A stretch of DNA of 64,000 nt. It comes from Balanoglossus misakiensis. Its lineage: Eukaryota; Animalia; Hemichordata. The stretch spans positions 1,046,699-1,110,698 of the forward strand of contig CM082581.2 in the NCBI GenBank assembly GCA_040954595.2, in the 5' to 3' direction. Under the pieces are notes generated by a model. It was not told the origin of the DNA. It made no database searches and worked only from the letters and a program-made list of their open reading frames with translations. The translations under genes and the position numbers were made by a program. Shown piece by piece: positions 27,310 through 39,640 of this stretch. The first letter of the stretch is position 1. Each line of letters begins with the position of its first letter.

Positions 27310-29842
27310 TGGATTGACCACTGTGTTACCACTAAAATTTTCTATAGCAATGTTCTTTCAATTTCGAGTCTTTGCAATGTTGTTGACTCCGACTATATTC
27401 CTGTTTCAATAGAGGTTCATTTCAACACTTCTGCTGATGAATGCTTCAGCAGTAGTTCCTTCAAGCAATGTAATTTTCGAGTTGATTGGAAAAAATTGTC
27501 ACAGCAGAATATATCCGCCTACACCCGTTGTACCAAAGCCAAGGTTGATAAGATTAATATATCCGAAGAGTTATTCTGCACTAATGTGAACTGTACATAC
27601 CCTTCGCATTTACAGGCAATTGATACTTGTTATAGTAGTGTTGTGGACGCATTGAATTGTGCTGCAAAAGATACCATTAGGCGTAAGTTTCACCAGAAAG
27701 TTCATGTTGTGCCTGGCTGGAACGATTTTGTAAAAGAAAGTCACGACTATGCCCGTTCCATGTTTTTATTATGGGTTAATGGGGGTAAACCTTAACAAGG
27801 CCCGCTTTTTGAAACCATGAAATCTTCCAGAGCTCGTTTTAAGTATGCTTTACGTGCTTGTAAAAAGATTGAGAATCAAAATAGGGCTGACAAGATGGCT
27901 GACAATTTACGCTGCCACAAACAGAACGACTTCTGGAAGGAAGTCAGAAAGCAAACTAGCAGAAAAATGCCGCTTTCTGACACTGTAGGTGGAGCGACTG
28001 GTGAGAGTGAAATTGCAATTATGTGGCACAAGCATTTCAGTGATATTTTGAATTCTGTCCAGGCTTAGACTGGTAAAAATGACATCGAGGAGAAAATGAA
28101 GTATGTTAAATTTTCTTCTGATATGTATGTTTCTGAAGAAGAAGTAATTTCTGCTATACATAAGTTACCTGACGATAAGACAGCTGGCATTGACAATATT
28201 TCAGCTGAGCACCTCAAATTCTCAGACTCCTCTATTTTACCCATTTTGACTTGATTGTTCATGGTTACCTGCAAACTGAGGCTATCAAAGTTATTTTAGT
28301 TCCAATTAAGGATAAAACTAAGCTTTGTAGTGATGCCAGTAACTACCGGCCGATAGCACTAGCAACTGTTTTCTCTAAAGTTTTTGAGCCTATTTTACTT
28401 TCTCGTTGTGAGGAGTTTCTTACCTCTCATTATTTACAATTTGGTTTCAAGCGAGAACATTCAACTGACCTGTGTTTATTTGCATTTAAAGAAATCATTA
28501 GCTACTACACCAGCAATGGAAGACCAGTGTTTACTTGTTTTCTGGATGCTTCAAAAGCTTTTGACAGAGTTAATCACTTTAAACTGGTTAACAAGCTCAT
28601 CGACAGGAATGTTCCCTTGTATGCTGTACGAATTTTATATTAAAGGTCCCATGCCATGCCCTATACAACCACGCGTAAAATCACTATTTGGGTCTTGAAG
28701 TTAACGTATGTTACTATCTTGCAATGCGTTTTGCCCCTTGTGCTTAGATAACAAGCAAGTAAAAGTGGCGGGTGGGCGTGTACCCCTAACCCAACTCAGT
28801 CGATTTTTTTGGCTTTTCGAAGTTAAGCCGAAGACTTATCTTGATGTGGACAAATAGACTTTCACACCTTTGTAAATCCTCTGCCTGCAATGTGAGGCAA
28901 GGGCTTCCTTTGCTTTGAACACTGTTTATATAGCTTATCTTTGTCTGTGGACTTAATTACTCATGGACCGATAATTACACTTTACTGTAAACAGAATGGT
29001 ACACTACGACATAGTGTACTTGTTTGTCCATATGCAAATACCTTCGCCTGGCTCGAGTGCGAAGTGGCTCCCCGATCACAGGCATGAAAAAAGGTGGCAA
29101 ATTCCGGCATTCGTGCACATTTTTCGGAACCGACACAATAGGCAATGCATAGACAGGTACCCTAGGTGAGCTTTTGACGTGGAAAAATGAAAACTTTTCA
29201 AAGCATGACAAGTGACCTTTAATGGTACAGAAATCAATTGTTTACTGTGTTGTGGGGTAATGAAACCTCAGAGTTGTTTTCTGTTTCTAACGGTGTAAGA
29301 CAAGGGGGAGTACTCTCTCCCTATCTTTTTAATGTCTACATTGATGATCTTATCAATGCACTCTGTAAAGCCAAAGTTGGCTGTACCATGTGTGGTGTCA
29401 GCGCTAACACTTTAGGTTACGCTGACGACATGACTCTACTCAGTCCAAGTATTAAGGGTCTACACCGTCTTCTTAGAATTTGTGAAATTTATGGCAAGGA
29501 TTATGATATAATTTATAATTCTAGTAAAACTGTGTGCATGCTTTTTAATGGGAAGAATATGAGCGTTCAAAGAATTCCTTCGGTTAAACTTAATGACATC
29601 ACTTTAAAGTTTGTACCTGTACACACCTATCTGGGCCATGTTATATCTTGTGAGGGTTGTGATAATGAAGATATTGAACGACAGAGAAGAGCATTTTGTG
29701 TTAGAGCAAACATGCTATTGAGACATTTTCAACATTTTAGTCAAGATGTGAAGAAAGTTTTATTTTTGGCATATTGTAGTAATATTTACTGTTGCAGTTT
29801 GTGGGCATCCTTTAAAGTAAAACCAATGAAAAAATTTAAAAC
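27310..29842 (+). pseudogene. Decayed non-LTR retrotransposon ORF2 (APE C-terminus plus reverse transcriptase), probably RTE-X clade
   Basis: WIDHCVTT...DSDYIP (end of APE domain), PGWND, NYRPIAL, QFGFK, FLDASKAFDRVNH, GVRQGGVLSPYLF, YADD and YLGH motifs. In-frame stops and frameshifts are present. Truncated at both ends and interrupted at 28644-29218. Confidence 0.93.
28644..29218. mobile_element. 575-bp non-autonomous TTAA-target DNA transposon (Kolobok-like) inserted in the LINE RT
   Basis: TTAA|AGGTCCCATGCCATGC...GCATGACAAGTGACCT|TTAA (13/16 TIR match). Removing it rejoins the RT frame as RILY*WYRNQLFTV. Confidence 0.9.
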
Positions 29843-30547
29843 AGTGGACTTTGACCCTAAGTCGCTAATGTTGTGGGAGGTTTCATTAGCATTGTAGTCA
29901 CATGTAGTGGATAGTAGTTTGGGAAATTGGCTGAAATACGTCAGCAGACCAGTGATTTTCTTGCACGACAGGAGTATGGTACCAGCAATAATCAGAGATC
30001 AGGCTTCGTTGCCGTTCAAAAGTTCCTACTTCAGTCGTGATGTTGCAACTGGACGTTCAGTATGGGGGTCGGCCCGCAGGTGGCCGTGTGGGTTATCAGG
30101 TCGCCCGTAACGGCACGCAGCTACATGCAGCTGTATGGGACTAAAATAATACACCCGATTCGGGTGTCACCTGTGACACCTGCATAACTCAATAATTATG
30201 TGCATGCGTAATTATGGGGTCAATGAAAGGGGTGGTAGCGTGCTATTTGTTGCACATGGATCAATATGAAGTCCGATTTTCCCGTCAAGTTGTGGGCGAC
30301 CTTATGTGACCTTTCACCTACTTTTGCTTAGTGAGCATCCACAGCAGATGCATGCAGCTTTGGCTTGGGAGGGGGGGGGGCATATACGGATGGGACCATA
30401 ATGATATACCAAAGGCGGGGTCGTCTGTTGCACCTGCCTAAGTCATTGATTTTGTACATTTAATTAGACACTAACCAACAGGGCGATAGGTGTGGTTTTT
30501 GTTCCACAGGGACGAATGTAAGTGTCAGTTGGTTTTTGCCCAAATGT

Positions 30548-31402
30548 CCATTGAGGCCTGTATCCGTGATCTTAAGGACTGGATGACCCAAAACAAGCTT
30601 CAACTCAACGACTCCAAAAACTGAGATTCTACTTATTCGTTCACAATTTCATCACTCTGCTGATGCTATTGACAAGATTACCATTGGTTCAAGCTCTGTT
30701 CCCGTCGTTAAATCAGCTCGCAATATTGGTGTAATATTTGACAATACGCACATGTATAAAGATCACATCAAGAAAACTTGTCAATCAATATATTACCACT
30801 TTCGCCGTGTCGGACAAATCAGGAAATTTCTTAACAAAGCAACATGTCAAACAGTGATTCATGCTATTTTGGCAGCGAAACTCGACTATGGTAATGCATT
30901 ACTGTATGGTATACCAGAACGCAGTCTGAACCTTCTACAACGCACACAAAATACAGCTGCAAGAATCATAACTCGGTCCAGGAAGTCTGCCCATATAACG
31001 CCAGTTCTTCAACTTCTTCATTGGTTACCAGTTCGCCACAGGATAGAGTATAAAATAAATCTGCTCACATACAAAGCCTTAAATAATCTCGCTCCGAACT
31101 ATATCCGCGATCTCATTCGGACATATTCTCCTGGTCGCAGGCTTCGTTCAGCTAATAAGAGCCTTTTATGCACTACAATGTACAAACGTTCTTCATACGG
31201 TGGCCGAGCATTCTCTCATGCTGCAACGAAACTGTGGAACATTCGTCAAGCTCCAAGTTTGAGTATCTTTAAGAAAAGACTGAAGACGCATTATTTCGCA
31301 AGAGCATATGGTGTGGGCCAATGAGCACAAGCGCCTTTGAGTATGACACTTGTTATAGATACTGGCGCTATACAAATTTCTCTGATTGATTGATTGATTG
31401 AT
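30548..31402 (+). mobile_element. 5'-truncated L2-clade LINE (ORF2 C-terminus, 3' UTR, (GATT)n tail)
   Basis: WMTQNKLQLNDSK, ARNIGVIFD, KLDYGNALL and HITPVLQLLHWLPV motifs. The 3' UTR has an AGCGCC...GGCGCT stem and a tandem GATT tail, typical of L2. Confidence 0.92.
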
Positions 31403-32211
31403 GTATAAGGTGATTTGGATGACCTCTGTCATAGAGTGCCATATCTCATCCCGTTGTACAGGTGCAGCTTTGGTATTTGGAGGGATGAAACTATCATGAA
31501 ATGCCAAATACAGGGGGATACCTTTGACACCTGCTTGATTCATGTATTACGTGCATACCTAATGTTAGGCAAAGTGAAAGGGCTGCAAATGTAGGATTTG
31601 TTGCACAAGACATAAACAGGAATGAAATTTTTCTGTCAAATTTTTGAATGACCTCAGGTGTCCATTGACCTGCTTTCCATATGTTAGCATGCACATCATA
31701 TATAGCCACGTGTTTGGAGGGGTAGGGTAGGACCGTCATGAAATGCTAAATTCCTAGGGCCACCTGTAACTTACTTGTGTAATTCATTATTATGGCCATA
31801 CCTAATTTTAAAAACCCAAAGGGCGAGAATTTTCCGTTGTCTTGAATATGAACCAAATAGGAATCCAAATTTTTGGCCCAATTTTTGGGTACCCTCAGCT
31901 GACCTTTGAAGTACTTAACTGAAGTCCTTACATAACGTAGAAGTTCACTTGTGGTTGTTGTGTTTGTACTTGTAGGACATCCATTTCGGGTGGTTGCCTA
32001 CTTCCCCATATCTCCACATCCAGAGCAAATACAGCCTACGCAATTGAATGGTACAACCCTGAATGGAGTCTAATGGTTATTATCTCTATGCTTGGGCCCC
32101 TTCAATGCTGCTTGGAGCTTTAATTATTACTATTATTATTGTCACGATATAAAGACACCAACTAAAAACTTACAAAATCACAATGTCTTCACAACTCAAA
32201 ATTTCACTCAC

Positions 32212-33303
32212 TTCTTTTAGTTTGGTAGCCACCCCTCCTTTCTGTCCTAGCATAACAGGAGCACCATCACTGCCCAAAGCAGACAGACGATCTCTTAAGA
32301 CAATACCATTCTCTGAAGAAAACTCTTTCACTGACTGTGCAATGGTGTCTGCTCTGCCATCACCAACCTAAAACAGTGAAAATAAAACCTTGATGTTAAC
32401 ACATGCAATGTACAACTCAATGTTTGTCTCACCTGAAATAACTAGTCAGCAAAATCAATTAAATGAGGTCACTCAAAAACATGTTTAATCGTATGTTTTT
32501 AATTCAGTGTAGACTTAAAAATTGAAAAACTTTCCACTTACTTCTTTAACTCCAAGGAAAGACACAACTGACTTCCCAGACTTCAAGGTGTACTTGGAAT
32601 AGATGATTAATTGCTTCAATACAGCCACATCAGTTGTTTTCATCTATTAACAGTGAATAGAAGTTACTTCCTTTCATCTTCTCTAAAATCTCATCACGGA
32701 TGACTTTGCCTGAAAAATGAAATAAATGAAAATTACTCTTCAGATTAAACTTATCAAAATTCACAGTAATTTGTACAGTAATTATTCTTTATTGAGTGTA
32801 ACACTATTGCTTAAACAGTGATCCTTTCTTGAAAACAACCAGGTTTAAATAAATGTTACTACATTGCCTACAATTTAGATCTGCACAAAAATCAGTAGAC
32901 CTACTTACCAATGCAATAAACCATTATAGTTGTGGTCATCACTGCTGAGAGTACCAAGGAATGAACACCCGAGGGACTTTGCCAATTCCAAAACATGGAT
33001 GAAGTTGGTGGTGTGCGGCAATTCTCTGTGCATGAGAAAATACATGCATCGTAGGACGCCGATGCATGAAGGCTTGCGTCTCAAAGGTGATGACCTTGTC
33101 AAATGCAGCCACAAGACCGCTGCTGTTCTCGATAACTGCTGCCTCGGCGTCAAGCTGCATTGCCGCCCGGTCGATAATCGTCTCTTCATGCTGCTTGAGT
33201 TTGTCTTCGCGAAGGGTGGTACATGTACATGGAGATGTTGTAACCCAAGTCCCTCCGCACTTGGCCTTCTGCTTGTGTTTTGTACAAAGGCGACAAAACA
33301 TCC
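32212..33303 (-). pseudogene. Spliced, decayed hAT-family transposase (ZNF862/DUF4371-like), three exons
   Basis: Exon 33303-32909 (MFCRLC..., LRCMYFL...ELPHTT). Exon 32709-32542 (KVIRDEILEKMKGSNFYSLLIDE/TTDVAVLKQLIIY, with a +1 A frameshift). Exon 32367-32212 (VGDGRADTI...LGSDGAPVMLGQKGGVATKLKE). GT-AG introns with matching phases. Confidence 0.88.
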
Positions 33304-34392
33304 CTAAACTGAATAAATATCATTCTCTCAAATGCCAGCCGCATGCGGGAGCGTGCACCAGAAACAATAAATATTTACCAAGGCGGGAATGAAAAGAAAG
33401 CAGGGCGGCGCGTAAGATAGCAGGGTGGCAAAAAATAAAGGAGGGCGGGCCTGCCCAGCTAACCCCCCCCCCCCCCAAAGTATTAACGCTCTGTGTTTAC
33501 CATAGACTAATAGTGTCTCAAATTTTACCCTGTGTGAACCTGGTAAGAGACGTGTCTCAAATCTGAGAAGATTCAGGACCACTTAAACCATTCACCAATA
33601 ATAATTTATGCCAGTATTTGATCTGAGACGTTTTAGCAATTTCTTGTGTGACCCCCATATCAGTTGAAGCTGACAAATCCAGTATTTTGAATTTTTACAT
33701 GGATTTTGTATACAGTGTGAATTGTAATTAAAGCTCCATTACCTTTACCTTTTTCCTATGTTTTCAGTATCTTTGTTTAGCAGTTTCTTGTGCAAATTCC
33801 CGAAACATGATGAAACATATATGTGTATGGTCAGCATTGTTATTGTGCCAAATTGGAATTTAAGTCCAGACTAGAATCCATGAATTATTGTCAACAATGA
33901 CAATGGCCATTATACACATACATTCTGTGCTGACAAGTAACAATCTGTGTGGAGTAGAACATGAAATCGCATTTGCTACATAGAACAAAAATACTGGAAA
34001 TAAAGCCAAAAGATACAACGAATGTATATTTAACTTTAACTGCATTCTCATTCTCATCTGTATATATTTTACTGAGATTGTTTCATCAGGGTTTATCAGT
34101 ATTCTAAACCAGCTTATGTGTGCATACAATCTGATTAAAATCAGATGTAGGGTACGGCGACGTCTTTTACTTCGCAGTACGGTATTCTTATACTGTCGCC
34201 TCACACTACATCTGACCAACTCCCATAGAAGCTCCCGTTGAAAACTCTAGTAAACCAATCAGACGGTGCCTTATAGAGAACTTTAGGTATCCTTCAGTTT
34301 TGATTGACATAACGTGCAATCTGATTGGCTTGGCCGCAACGGGACGTTGAACAAGCTTCTATATCTGATTCATATAATACTGAAAGGGTTAA

Positions 34393-35334
34393 GAATGGCA
34401 CACACTACATGTATGAGCTCATGGAATGTGTTTCTTCCCATAGGATAACATTAAGAATTGATAGAAAACCCTTTTCTACTATTGTAATTTTAAGAAGTTT
34501 CACTCATAACTCATCCAAATGAAATTAAATTGAGTGATTCATATAAGTTGTAGGCTCACCACTGTGCTCAGTTTTGAGATAAACTTAAATGTGTCCATGC
34601 CTATAGAAAAATAACATAGAAAGACCTATGGTGAAAAATGTTGACTTTAATTCAGGCTTCATTAGTGGAAAAATAATCATACTTTGTCTGGCATAGAAAC
34701 TCAGAATCTACAAAAAAGGCCTTTAAAACATGAATGGAAATGAAAATACTGCTACAATAAGAAATTCTTACCTTGAATAAAGTATTTATTGGTACCACCA
34801 CTTCCATAAAGAAACCACTTTGCTGGTGTAATGAGTTGTCAATCTGGGTTTGCTCATTGGCCTTGCTTTGAGTTCCAATTCATGATGATGGTGTATTAGG
34901 ACACTGGACTTGAAACAGGTGTATGCTGGTATTATACACGTTGAAAGTATTGTCATTCTTTTAATTGTGGATTTTTGGATTATGCTGTGTATGTATAATG
35001 AGAATCCGTTAAAAATTGTAGGGGTCATTGCCCTTTTTAAAAAAAATACAGAGCCATGAATTTAGTTGATAATAGAAGAAATTTGCTGTCTCAGCATTTT
35101 TCACCAATGGTTTGTCTATGGGCGAAGATTTTAACGCAATTTATCTCATAATAGAGCTTGGTGACCACATAATTTTTTTTGACCAATGAATTTACGTTTA
35201 CTTGACTGAGCTATGTGTAAAATTTCGTGAAAAAGACAATAGTAGAAGTTTGTTTTCTGGCAATTATCGATGTAATCCTTTCAGGAACAGACACACATGC
35301 ACTGTTTATCAGTTTATGTTGTGCGTGTACATCC
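34393..35334. mobile_element. TTAA-flanked element with long diverged inverted arms (family B)
   Basis: TTAA at 34389-34392 and 35335-35338. Segment 34436-34650 is a diverged inverted complement of 35090-35260. Confidence 0.55.
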
Positions 35335-35639
35335 TTAAATGGTATTTGCCTCTCATGCCTTCCAAATTGTGATTCTGTTCTAGTGTTTTTGTTAAGGGCG
35401 GTACCTAGATAAAATCTACCGGAGTACCCCAGTCACTCCGAATTAAAACAACAGAACAAGGCCAATGTCACAGTGGTCAGGCAGTCTACCAGAGTTCCCC
35501 AGTCATTTTACCGGGGTTCCCCTGGGTGTATCAATGTGGTTATATTAGGAGGTTATAGGAATATTAACGGGGTTCCCAAATCCATTACCAGTGTTCCCCG
35601 ACCTTTGCAAAAACACTGTGTTCTTGTTATCCTCCACAG

Positions 35640-35846
35640 GAAGAGACAAAGAAAAGCATAGCAACCTCTGCTGATACTGCCACAACAAGCGCAAGCACAA
35701 ACACACCCCAGCCTGTAGCTTCTGCGAACCAACAACCCCCACCCTATCCAGCCGCAGCATACCAGCAACACTTCCAGCAGATGTCATACCCGAACCCATT
35801 CGTGTCTCAGTACGCTGCGTTTGCAGGAGCCGGACAGCCGCCATGA
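35640..35846 (+). CDS. Putative terminal coding exon, low-complexity T/S then P/Q/A/Y-rich (68 aa + stop), parent gene unknown
   Basis: Acceptor ttcttgttatcctccacag|G, then an open frame EETKKSIATSADTATTSASTNTPQPVASANQQPPPYPAAAYQQHFQQMSYPNPFVSQYAAFAGAGQPP* in a GC-richer island. Confidence 0.6.
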   Translation, partial: EETKKSIATSADTATTSASTNTPQPVASANQQPPPYPAAAYQQHFQQMSYPNPFVSQYAAFAGAGQPP

Positions 35847-36169
35847 TATAACATCAATTATATTTGTTTTCTGAAAATGCCTATTGTTGACCAAAAGATG
35901 GCTAAATGGCAATTTTGTACTGAGCGGGGTGTCTCAATAAGACCGTTGTGCTGGTATCAGCATATTTTTTGCACACACACACACACAAAAAACGAATTTA
36001 CATACATCACAAGGGCTCTGAATATAAAGGAATAAGTTTGTATTTATTTTTTCTAACAGTTACCTTTTTGAGCAAAGAGGCCAAAATGATATTTTTTTCC
36101 CTCAGTGGGGTCAGTAAGAGTGGGTTTTTTAGTACTTTTATTTATCATTTGATCACCAATGGGAAGAAA

Positions 36170-37320
36170 ATGGCATAATTTTCGTATTTTCTAGAAATGA
36201 CACTTTTTGGGCAAAAACTTGCCAAAAAGGCACTTTTATCTTGAGTGGCATCAATAAAACTGCTTTTTTGGAAACTTTTCACATACAGTGGGCATATAAT
36301 TCATTATCAGATCTCCGAAAGTGAAGAAAATATATAAATTTTGAGTGTTTTCTGAAAATGACGTTTTGGGGGCAAAAAGTGGCAAAATGGCATTTTTTCT
36401 TGAGTAGGATCAATAAGACTGCTATTTCTGGAATCAGCACCATTTTTTACATAGGATGAACATTTCATATATCACATGATCTCTGAGCTTTATGAAGAAA
36501 AGTTTGTTTTTAAATTTTTTTCTAAAAATGGCCTTTTTGGGCAAAAACTTTCCAAAAGGGCATTTTTGCATTAGGTTGGGTCAATAAATCTGCTTTTTTC
36601 GAATAATCACCAGATTTTACATAGGGTGGGCATATAATACATTATCAGATCTCCGAAAGTGAAGAAAATATATAAATTTTGTGTGTTTTCTGAAAATGAC
36701 GTTTTGGGGCAAAAAGTGGCAAAAATGGCATTTTTTCTTGAGTAGGGTCAATAAGACTGCTATTTCTGGAATCAGCACCATTTTTTACATAGAATGGACA
36801 TTTCATATATCCAATGATCTCTGAATATGATAAACACAATTTATTTTTAGTTTTTTTGTAAAAATGACCTTTTTTGACCACAAAAAGTGGCCAAAAATGG
36901 CATTTTTGTATTGATTGAGGTCAAAAAGACTGCTTTATTTTTTAAAGTCACCACTTTTAACATAGAATTGACTTTCCATATATCACCAGATCAATCATTA
37001 TGAAGAAAACCGTGTGTTTTATTTTTTTTCTAAAAATGACGTTTTTGGGGCAAAAATTGGTCAAAAAGGCAATTTTCTGTTGTTTTGGGTCAATCGAACT
37101 ACTTTTTTCGTAATATTCACCAAATTTTACATAGAATAAGCATATCATATGTTATCAGATCTCAGAATGTGACGAAAACAATGTGTTTTTAGTGTTTTCT
37201 AAAAAAGACCATTTTGGGGTTAAAAATGGCCAAAATGGCAATTTTGTCTTGAGTGGGGTTAATAAGACTGACTTTTTTGGAATGAGCACCATTTTTTACA
37301 TAGAATGGACTTCTCAAACC
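36170..37320. repeat. Diverged ~169-bp tandem repeat (~7 units) with partial dimeric structure
   Basis: The motif CAATAAGACTGC and variants recur near 36252, 36411, 36582, 36749, 36922, 37091 and 37260. Confidence 0.85.
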
Positions 37321-39099
37321 TTCCTTACCAAAAATTCTGATTAACGGCACCTATCTCATAGTGTAACCAGACTACAAGTGAAGAACCCCAGTAACAGACG
37401 TAACGAACAAACAAACTACATGTACTAACAACAAAGCAAGAAAAGTGTCAAGCGTCGTCAAAGAAAACGAAATAGTTCTAGCATGGTTGGTAAAAGTTAT
37501 TGGTAGAAAACGAATAGGGCCTTCTACAAATGACGTCTCAGACCCGCAAACGCCACCAGAACACAAAACACATGCACAGAACAGTTTAAGCCGGTTGTTG
37601 TATGGAGCAGCAATAATCTGCGGTTGGGCCGTCGTAGATTTTCGCTGGTGGTGAAAATAAATAAAACACGATCGATGTTCCATTTATTCCAGATCACATG
37701 CGTTTACGGCCAGAAGAGAGCATAAAAGTCTTCAAATGACCATGTGGTGGCGCACTTTTTCCGATTGGCTGTATTTCAATTTGTTCGTGGTAAATTAATT
37801 TTGTGGAGGTGACCGGCACTGAAGCTCTTAGCTAGGATGAGGTGGGATGGAAAAATGCCCCATTTGACTCATTTTAGCTGTTTTAAAATATACGACTATT
37901 TATAGACAAAAGGAAAATAAAACAAGCGCAAAAACATACCAAACCTAGTTTTATTAATTACAAAAAAAATTGCTGAGTAAAGGTTTTCATGTGGGCATTC
38001 ACTTTGAACTTGCTAAATTAATTTAAAGAGACAAAGTCGCTCTCTCTTTGTCCTTTTGCGATGATGGAATGCTTGCTTGAAGTCTCTCGTGCAATAAATG
38101 ATGTCGATTCATACATGTATGGATGGTGTATAGGTGGTCGGAATTTACATGTCTTTGCCACGTCCAAACCAAACACACATAAAATCAAACTTTGGGTCAT
38201 GAAATCGAGTTTTGTTACAGTCTAGAATTTCATGCCACCCCTTTTGGTCATATTATTCTTGGTAGGCAAAAGTGACAAGTAGTCAAGTTTCAACACAGGC
38301 AACATTTTTTACAAACAAACCACAAAGAAGACATCAAAAGGGAGAGAATTATAGAATGGTCAATGTGTGAATAGTTAAGATACGTAAAGTGGCCGGGTTC
38401 AACATAACATTAACTCATCGACTTCATATCGTCTTCATGCCATGGTTTTGCCTGCCCTGAAAGTTCTTGTCGTTGCAGAAGTGGTTTTGACAGAAAGAAT
38501 TTAGTCTTCCGGGATGTTTGTGATTATTTGAACACCAGACAATACAATGCAACCTTGACTTCCAAAATACTTACCGGCATTGCATTATCTTACCATGGTT
38601 AGGCCTACAGAGAACAAATTTTCAACAATATTTTCTGAGTTACCGCTGATATTTGTTTTGTAGTATGGATATTAAATTATACATCCCGATACAAAACAGA
38701 ATGTTATAGAATCCTTCCTGAGTGATATTGAAAAAAATACCGGAATGCTATAGCCTAATCTATGGTTAGGGTTATTGCTATTATTTTATATCAGTAATCG
38801 ACTTTGTGTATATCAATGTCATTTTCATAACGAAAATGAACTCGAGTCTAATGTAAACGTTACGAATTGATCGAAAGGCGCTCTGATGAATGTTAACACG
38901 AGTGCGCAATGACAAGACATGCATCGTGCATGACAGTGACAACAGTTCCAATAGAGCAGTTAAAAAATAAACCGGCCGTCCGTAAATTTATCAGCTATAT
39001 TTTTTTTTATTTAGTCACGTTTTCCCTGTTGCATGCTATTAGTTCAGGGGCCAGTTTTAGCAGTGCTCTATTGAGTACTTTCGTATCGATGGATTGATC

Positions 39100-39640
39100 T
39101 CTCGTCCAATCAGAATGGCGGATGGTAGCATGATCCGACATATTGCGTATTACAATAGGGCTTCCTCATACAGGTCAGAACAGAGAGGTCATTCCTTTTA
39201 TTTTAGGACGTCTCAGCTCCTTTGTCTTTTCTGTTATTTTTTGACAAATGCGGATTGACGTTCCATTTCCAATTGGCGATAATTATATTTATTTGTATTT
39301 TATTGCATAAGCGCTTGCTAGTCGTTTTTTAGCAATTTTTTTTGTAGTACAAAAACACTGAAGAAAACGAAATATTTTATTCATTCGCACTTCCAAAGAA
39401 CACCGTGACATAATTCCTCAATTTGCATTTCAGTGTGTGTGTCTGGTGTGTCTGCATTGACGTGAGGCGCATTCTCCACCCGCACACATACGTTGCATTG
39501 CATTCTTTGACTAATTAGTGTTACGTCATGTTGAAGCAGGATTCTGATTGAGTAGTAAGTAAGTTGCATAATTGACGCACAGCTGGTGCCTCGTTCTCGT
39601 ACCGCTGACCATTGCATTTGAAAAATCATTGCAGCTTTGA
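39100..39640 (+). promoter_or_regulatory. Possible promoter of the short-exon transcript
   Basis: CCAATCAG next to YY1-like ATGGCGG (~39107-39121), several TGACG/TTACGTCA CRE-like sites and CpG-richer sequence, upstream of a strong donor at 39698. Confidence 0.35.

Larger units (their letters stand above)
26706..32125 (+). mobile_element. Non-autonomous Helentron-associated (HINE/DINE-like) element with nested LINE fragments
   Basis: 5' end in a T-run with hairpin AGGGGACCAAG...CTTGGTCCCCT followed by a TCTT microsatellite. 3' end has the subterminal inverted copy CTTGGGCCCCT (32091-32101), a short imperfect palindrome GCTGCTTGGAGC and a T-rich end. Diverged internal core repeats lie at 27112-27240 and 29845-29975. 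Confidence 0.7.

Noticed and set aside
32930-33392. Plus-strand 125-aa and 108-aa ORFs
   Set aside because: They are antisense to the hAT transposase exon and have no recognisable motifs.
35545-35844. Minus-strand 99-aa and 72-aa ORFs
   Set aside because: They are antisense shadows of the more plausible plus-strand exon at 35640-35846.
38565-38600. Two minus-strand donor-like sites suggesting a divergent gene
   Set aside because: No linked acceptor or coding exon could be found, so the motifs alone are insufficient.
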